This document shows positions 62,003-64,000 of a stretch of DNA of 64,000 nucleotides, in pieces. The notes below the pieces were generated by a model. That model was not told the origin of the DNA. It ran no database searches and saw nothing but the letters and a program-made list of their open reading frames with translations. Positions within the stretch are counted from its first letter, which is position 1; each line of letters begins with the position of its first letter. Origin of the DNA: Thermofilaceae archaeon (lineage in GTDB: Archaea > Thermoproteota > Thermoprotei > Thermofilales > Thermofilaceae); NCBI GenBank assembly GCA_038861545.1, contig JAWCCZ010000001.1, forward strand, positions 1 to 64,000, written 5' to 3'. The translations under genes were made by a program, and so were the position numbers.

Positions 62003-62650
62003 ATGCAAAACCTTTCTAATGGTATAGCGGTAAAGCCGCTTAAGGGTACTACCACTGTTGGAGTGGCATACCGGGATTTCGTAGTGCTTGCTGCAGATAG
62101 GCGTGCTACAAGTGGTTCCTTTATAGCCCATAAAAAAGCAGAAAAAATTCAAAGAGTAGACGATCATGCTGTAGTCACGATAGCTGGGTATGTAGGGGAT
62201 GCTCAATGGCTGGTAGAGCGTTTACGCGTTGAAGCTCGGCTTTATAAACTGGAAAATGCTGAGCCTATACCTCTAGAGACTCTTGCCTCGTTGGCTTCCA
62301 TTATACTTTTTCAGAGTAGGCCCTTCATAATTGTGCAGATGCTCATCGGCGGTGTTGACAGTTATGGTGCTAACCTATTCTGCTTGGATTGGCTAGGGAC
62401 AGTAACAAAAGAGAAATATACGGCAACGGGATCCGGAACCCCATACGCGATAAGCCTTATAGAAAGCGAGTACCGGGAAGATCTTACACCAGAAGAGGCG
62501 CTTAAGTTAGCCGTTAAAGCTGTTAAAGCTGCCACTATGAGAGACCCTGGAAGTGGGGAGGGTATTGACCTAGCATTAGTTAGCAAGGAAGGTATGCGTC
62601 TTTTTAAGGGAGAGGAAATCCTGTCCTCAAGTGTTTTGGGTGTGAGTTAA
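62003..62650 (+). CDS. psmB: Proteasome beta subunit
   Basis: Propeptide cleavage KG|TTTVG, AADRR, GSG, RDPGSG; start at 62003. Confidence 0.95.
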   Translation: MQNLSNGIAVKPLKGTTTVGVAYRDFVVLAADRRATSGSFIAHKKAEKIQRVDDHAVVTIAGYVGDAQWLVERLRVEARLYKLENAEPIPLETLASLASIILFQSRPFIIVQMLIGGVDSYGANLFCLDWLGTVTKEKYTATGSGTPYAISLIESEYREDLTPEEALKLAVKAVKAATMRDPGSGEGIDLALVSKEGMRLFKGEEILSSSVLGVS

Positions 62651-62653
62651 AAT

Positions 62654-64000
62654 ATGGAGTTCTTAACAAGCTCGATAGCTGATTTAAGAAGGAAGATACT
62701 TGAGTATCTTCCTCCTGAATGTGAAGTAACACGAATAGAATTTGAAGGACCAAAGGTGGCTATTTATACAAAGAACGTTTCAATATTCGTTAAGGATGGA
62801 GAAAAACTTGTTAAAGAAATAGTAAAAAACTTAAAAAAAAGGATAATAGTACGAAGTGAAGAGAGTATCAGACAACAACCAGAGAGAGCTGAGCAAATGA
62901 TAAAAACATTGGTACCTCCTGAGGCATGTATTCAAAGAATATTCTTCAATGAAGCTTTAGGGGAAGTCGAGATAGAAGCCGAGAAACCTGGATACGTTAT
63001 AGGTAAAGGCGGCGAGACGAGGAGAGCAATCTTCGAGTTAACAGGTTGGTATCCCAAGATACTGAGAACGCCTGCATTACACTCAAATACCATGGTAGAA
63101 GTTCGTGAGCTATTAAGGGCCAGAAGTGAGGAGAAGGCTAGGTTACTAAAAGCTACTGGTAATAGAATTTTTAGAGCAAAACTTTTCGAAAATGATTACA
63201 TCAGGATAATTGGCCTGGGGTCTTTTCAAGAAGTTGGCCGAAGTGCTATACTTATTCAGACTCCAGAAAGCCAAGTGCTTCTTGATGCTGGTATTAAACC
63301 GACATCTAATGGGGATGAGTATCCCATGCTAGAAGCCCCTGAGTTCGACATCGATAAATTAGATGCCGTTATTATAACCCATTCACATTTAGACCACTGC
63401 GGGGCTCTCCCATATCTTTTCAAGTACGGGTATAGAGGACCTGTCTACATGACTGAACCTACGCTTTACTTAGCTAAATTAGTACAAGAGGACTATCTTA
63501 AGGTAGCTGAGCGGGAAGGACGTCCTCTTCCGTATAGTCTTAAGGATGTAGCGACGTCTGTACTACACACCTACACTTTGAGTTATGGTGAAGTGACAGA
63601 TATAGCTCCTGACATGAAGCTAACTTTTTACAAATCTGGGCATATATTGGGTGGGGCAATTGCTCATTTACATATAGGTGAAGGTCTAGTGAACATAGTC
63701 TATACCGGTGACTTTAAGTTTGAACACACACTATTATTCGAACCAGCGGAAAACAGGTTTCCGAGGCTTGAAGTGCTGATAATGGAGGCAACTTACAGTG
63801 GAGTTAATGATGTGCTTCCGGGCAGGGATGAGGCCTTTAAACAGCTCGCGGACATCGTGAGGGAGACGCTGAACAGGAATGGGAACGTATTGATACCCGT
63901 TCTAGCGGTCGGCAGAGCCCAGGAGGTGTTGCTAGCTTTAAAGTTGGCGATGGAGAATGGGTTAATACCACAGGTACCAATATTCATTGAAGGCATGATA
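62654..64000 (+). CDS. fttA: aCPSF1/FttA beta-CASP ribonuclease (3' end outside window)
   Basis: IEFEGP and KH domains, EVGRSA, THSHLDH, GHILG, YTGD, GRAQE. Confidence 0.95.
   Translation, partial: MEFLTSSIADLRRKILEYLPPECEVTRIEFEGPKVAIYTKNVSIFVKDGEKLVKEIVKNLKKRIIVRSEESIRQQPERAEQMIKTLVPPEACIQRIFFNEALGEVEIEAEKPGYVIGKGGETRRAIFELTGWYPKILRTPALHSNTMVEVRELLRARSEEKARLLKATGNRIFRAKLFENDYIRIIGLGSFQEVGRSAILIQTPESQVLLDAGIKPTSNGDEYPMLEAPEFDIDKLDAVIITHSHLDHCGALPYLFKYGYRGPVYMTEPTLYLAKLVQEDYLKVAEREGRPLPYSLKDVATSVLHTYTLSYGEVTDIAPDMKLTFYKSGHILGGAIAHLHIGEGLVNIVYTGDFKFEHTLLFEPAENRFPRLEVLIMEATYSGVNDVLPGRDEAFKQLADIVRETLNRNGNVLIPVLAVGRAQEVLLALKLAMENGLIPQVPIFIEGMI

Overview
Core-genome window of a hyperthermophilic crenarchaeon (Thermoproteota). 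It is most consistent with a Thermofilum-like member of Thermoproteales/Thermofilales: it has crenactin plus arcadins, tRNAs with non-canonical and double BHB introns, a 16S-23S operon with no spacer tRNA or 5S, and a Leu-for-pyrrolysine MtmB homologue. It holds about 65 CDS (replication, translation, RNA modification, chaperones), 5 tRNAs, one rRNA operon and a probable K-turn H/ACA guide RNA. I found no CRISPR array, integrase or transposase. The most notable items are: (i) the actin-based arcade locus, with a CdvA-like helical mini-protein directly upstream and a stand-alone CdvA-like PRC-barrel/coiled-coil gene 22 kb away; (ii) an uncharacterised ABC exporter/non-Pyl MtmB/SAF/UxaA operon; (iii) tandem R15P-isomerase/eIF2B-like paralogues sharing an exact 72-nt block; (iv) several apparent pseudo-enzymes; (v) a tRNA-Gly(CCC) with C33. 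Family assignments come from motif recognition and recalled reference sequences, not from database searches.
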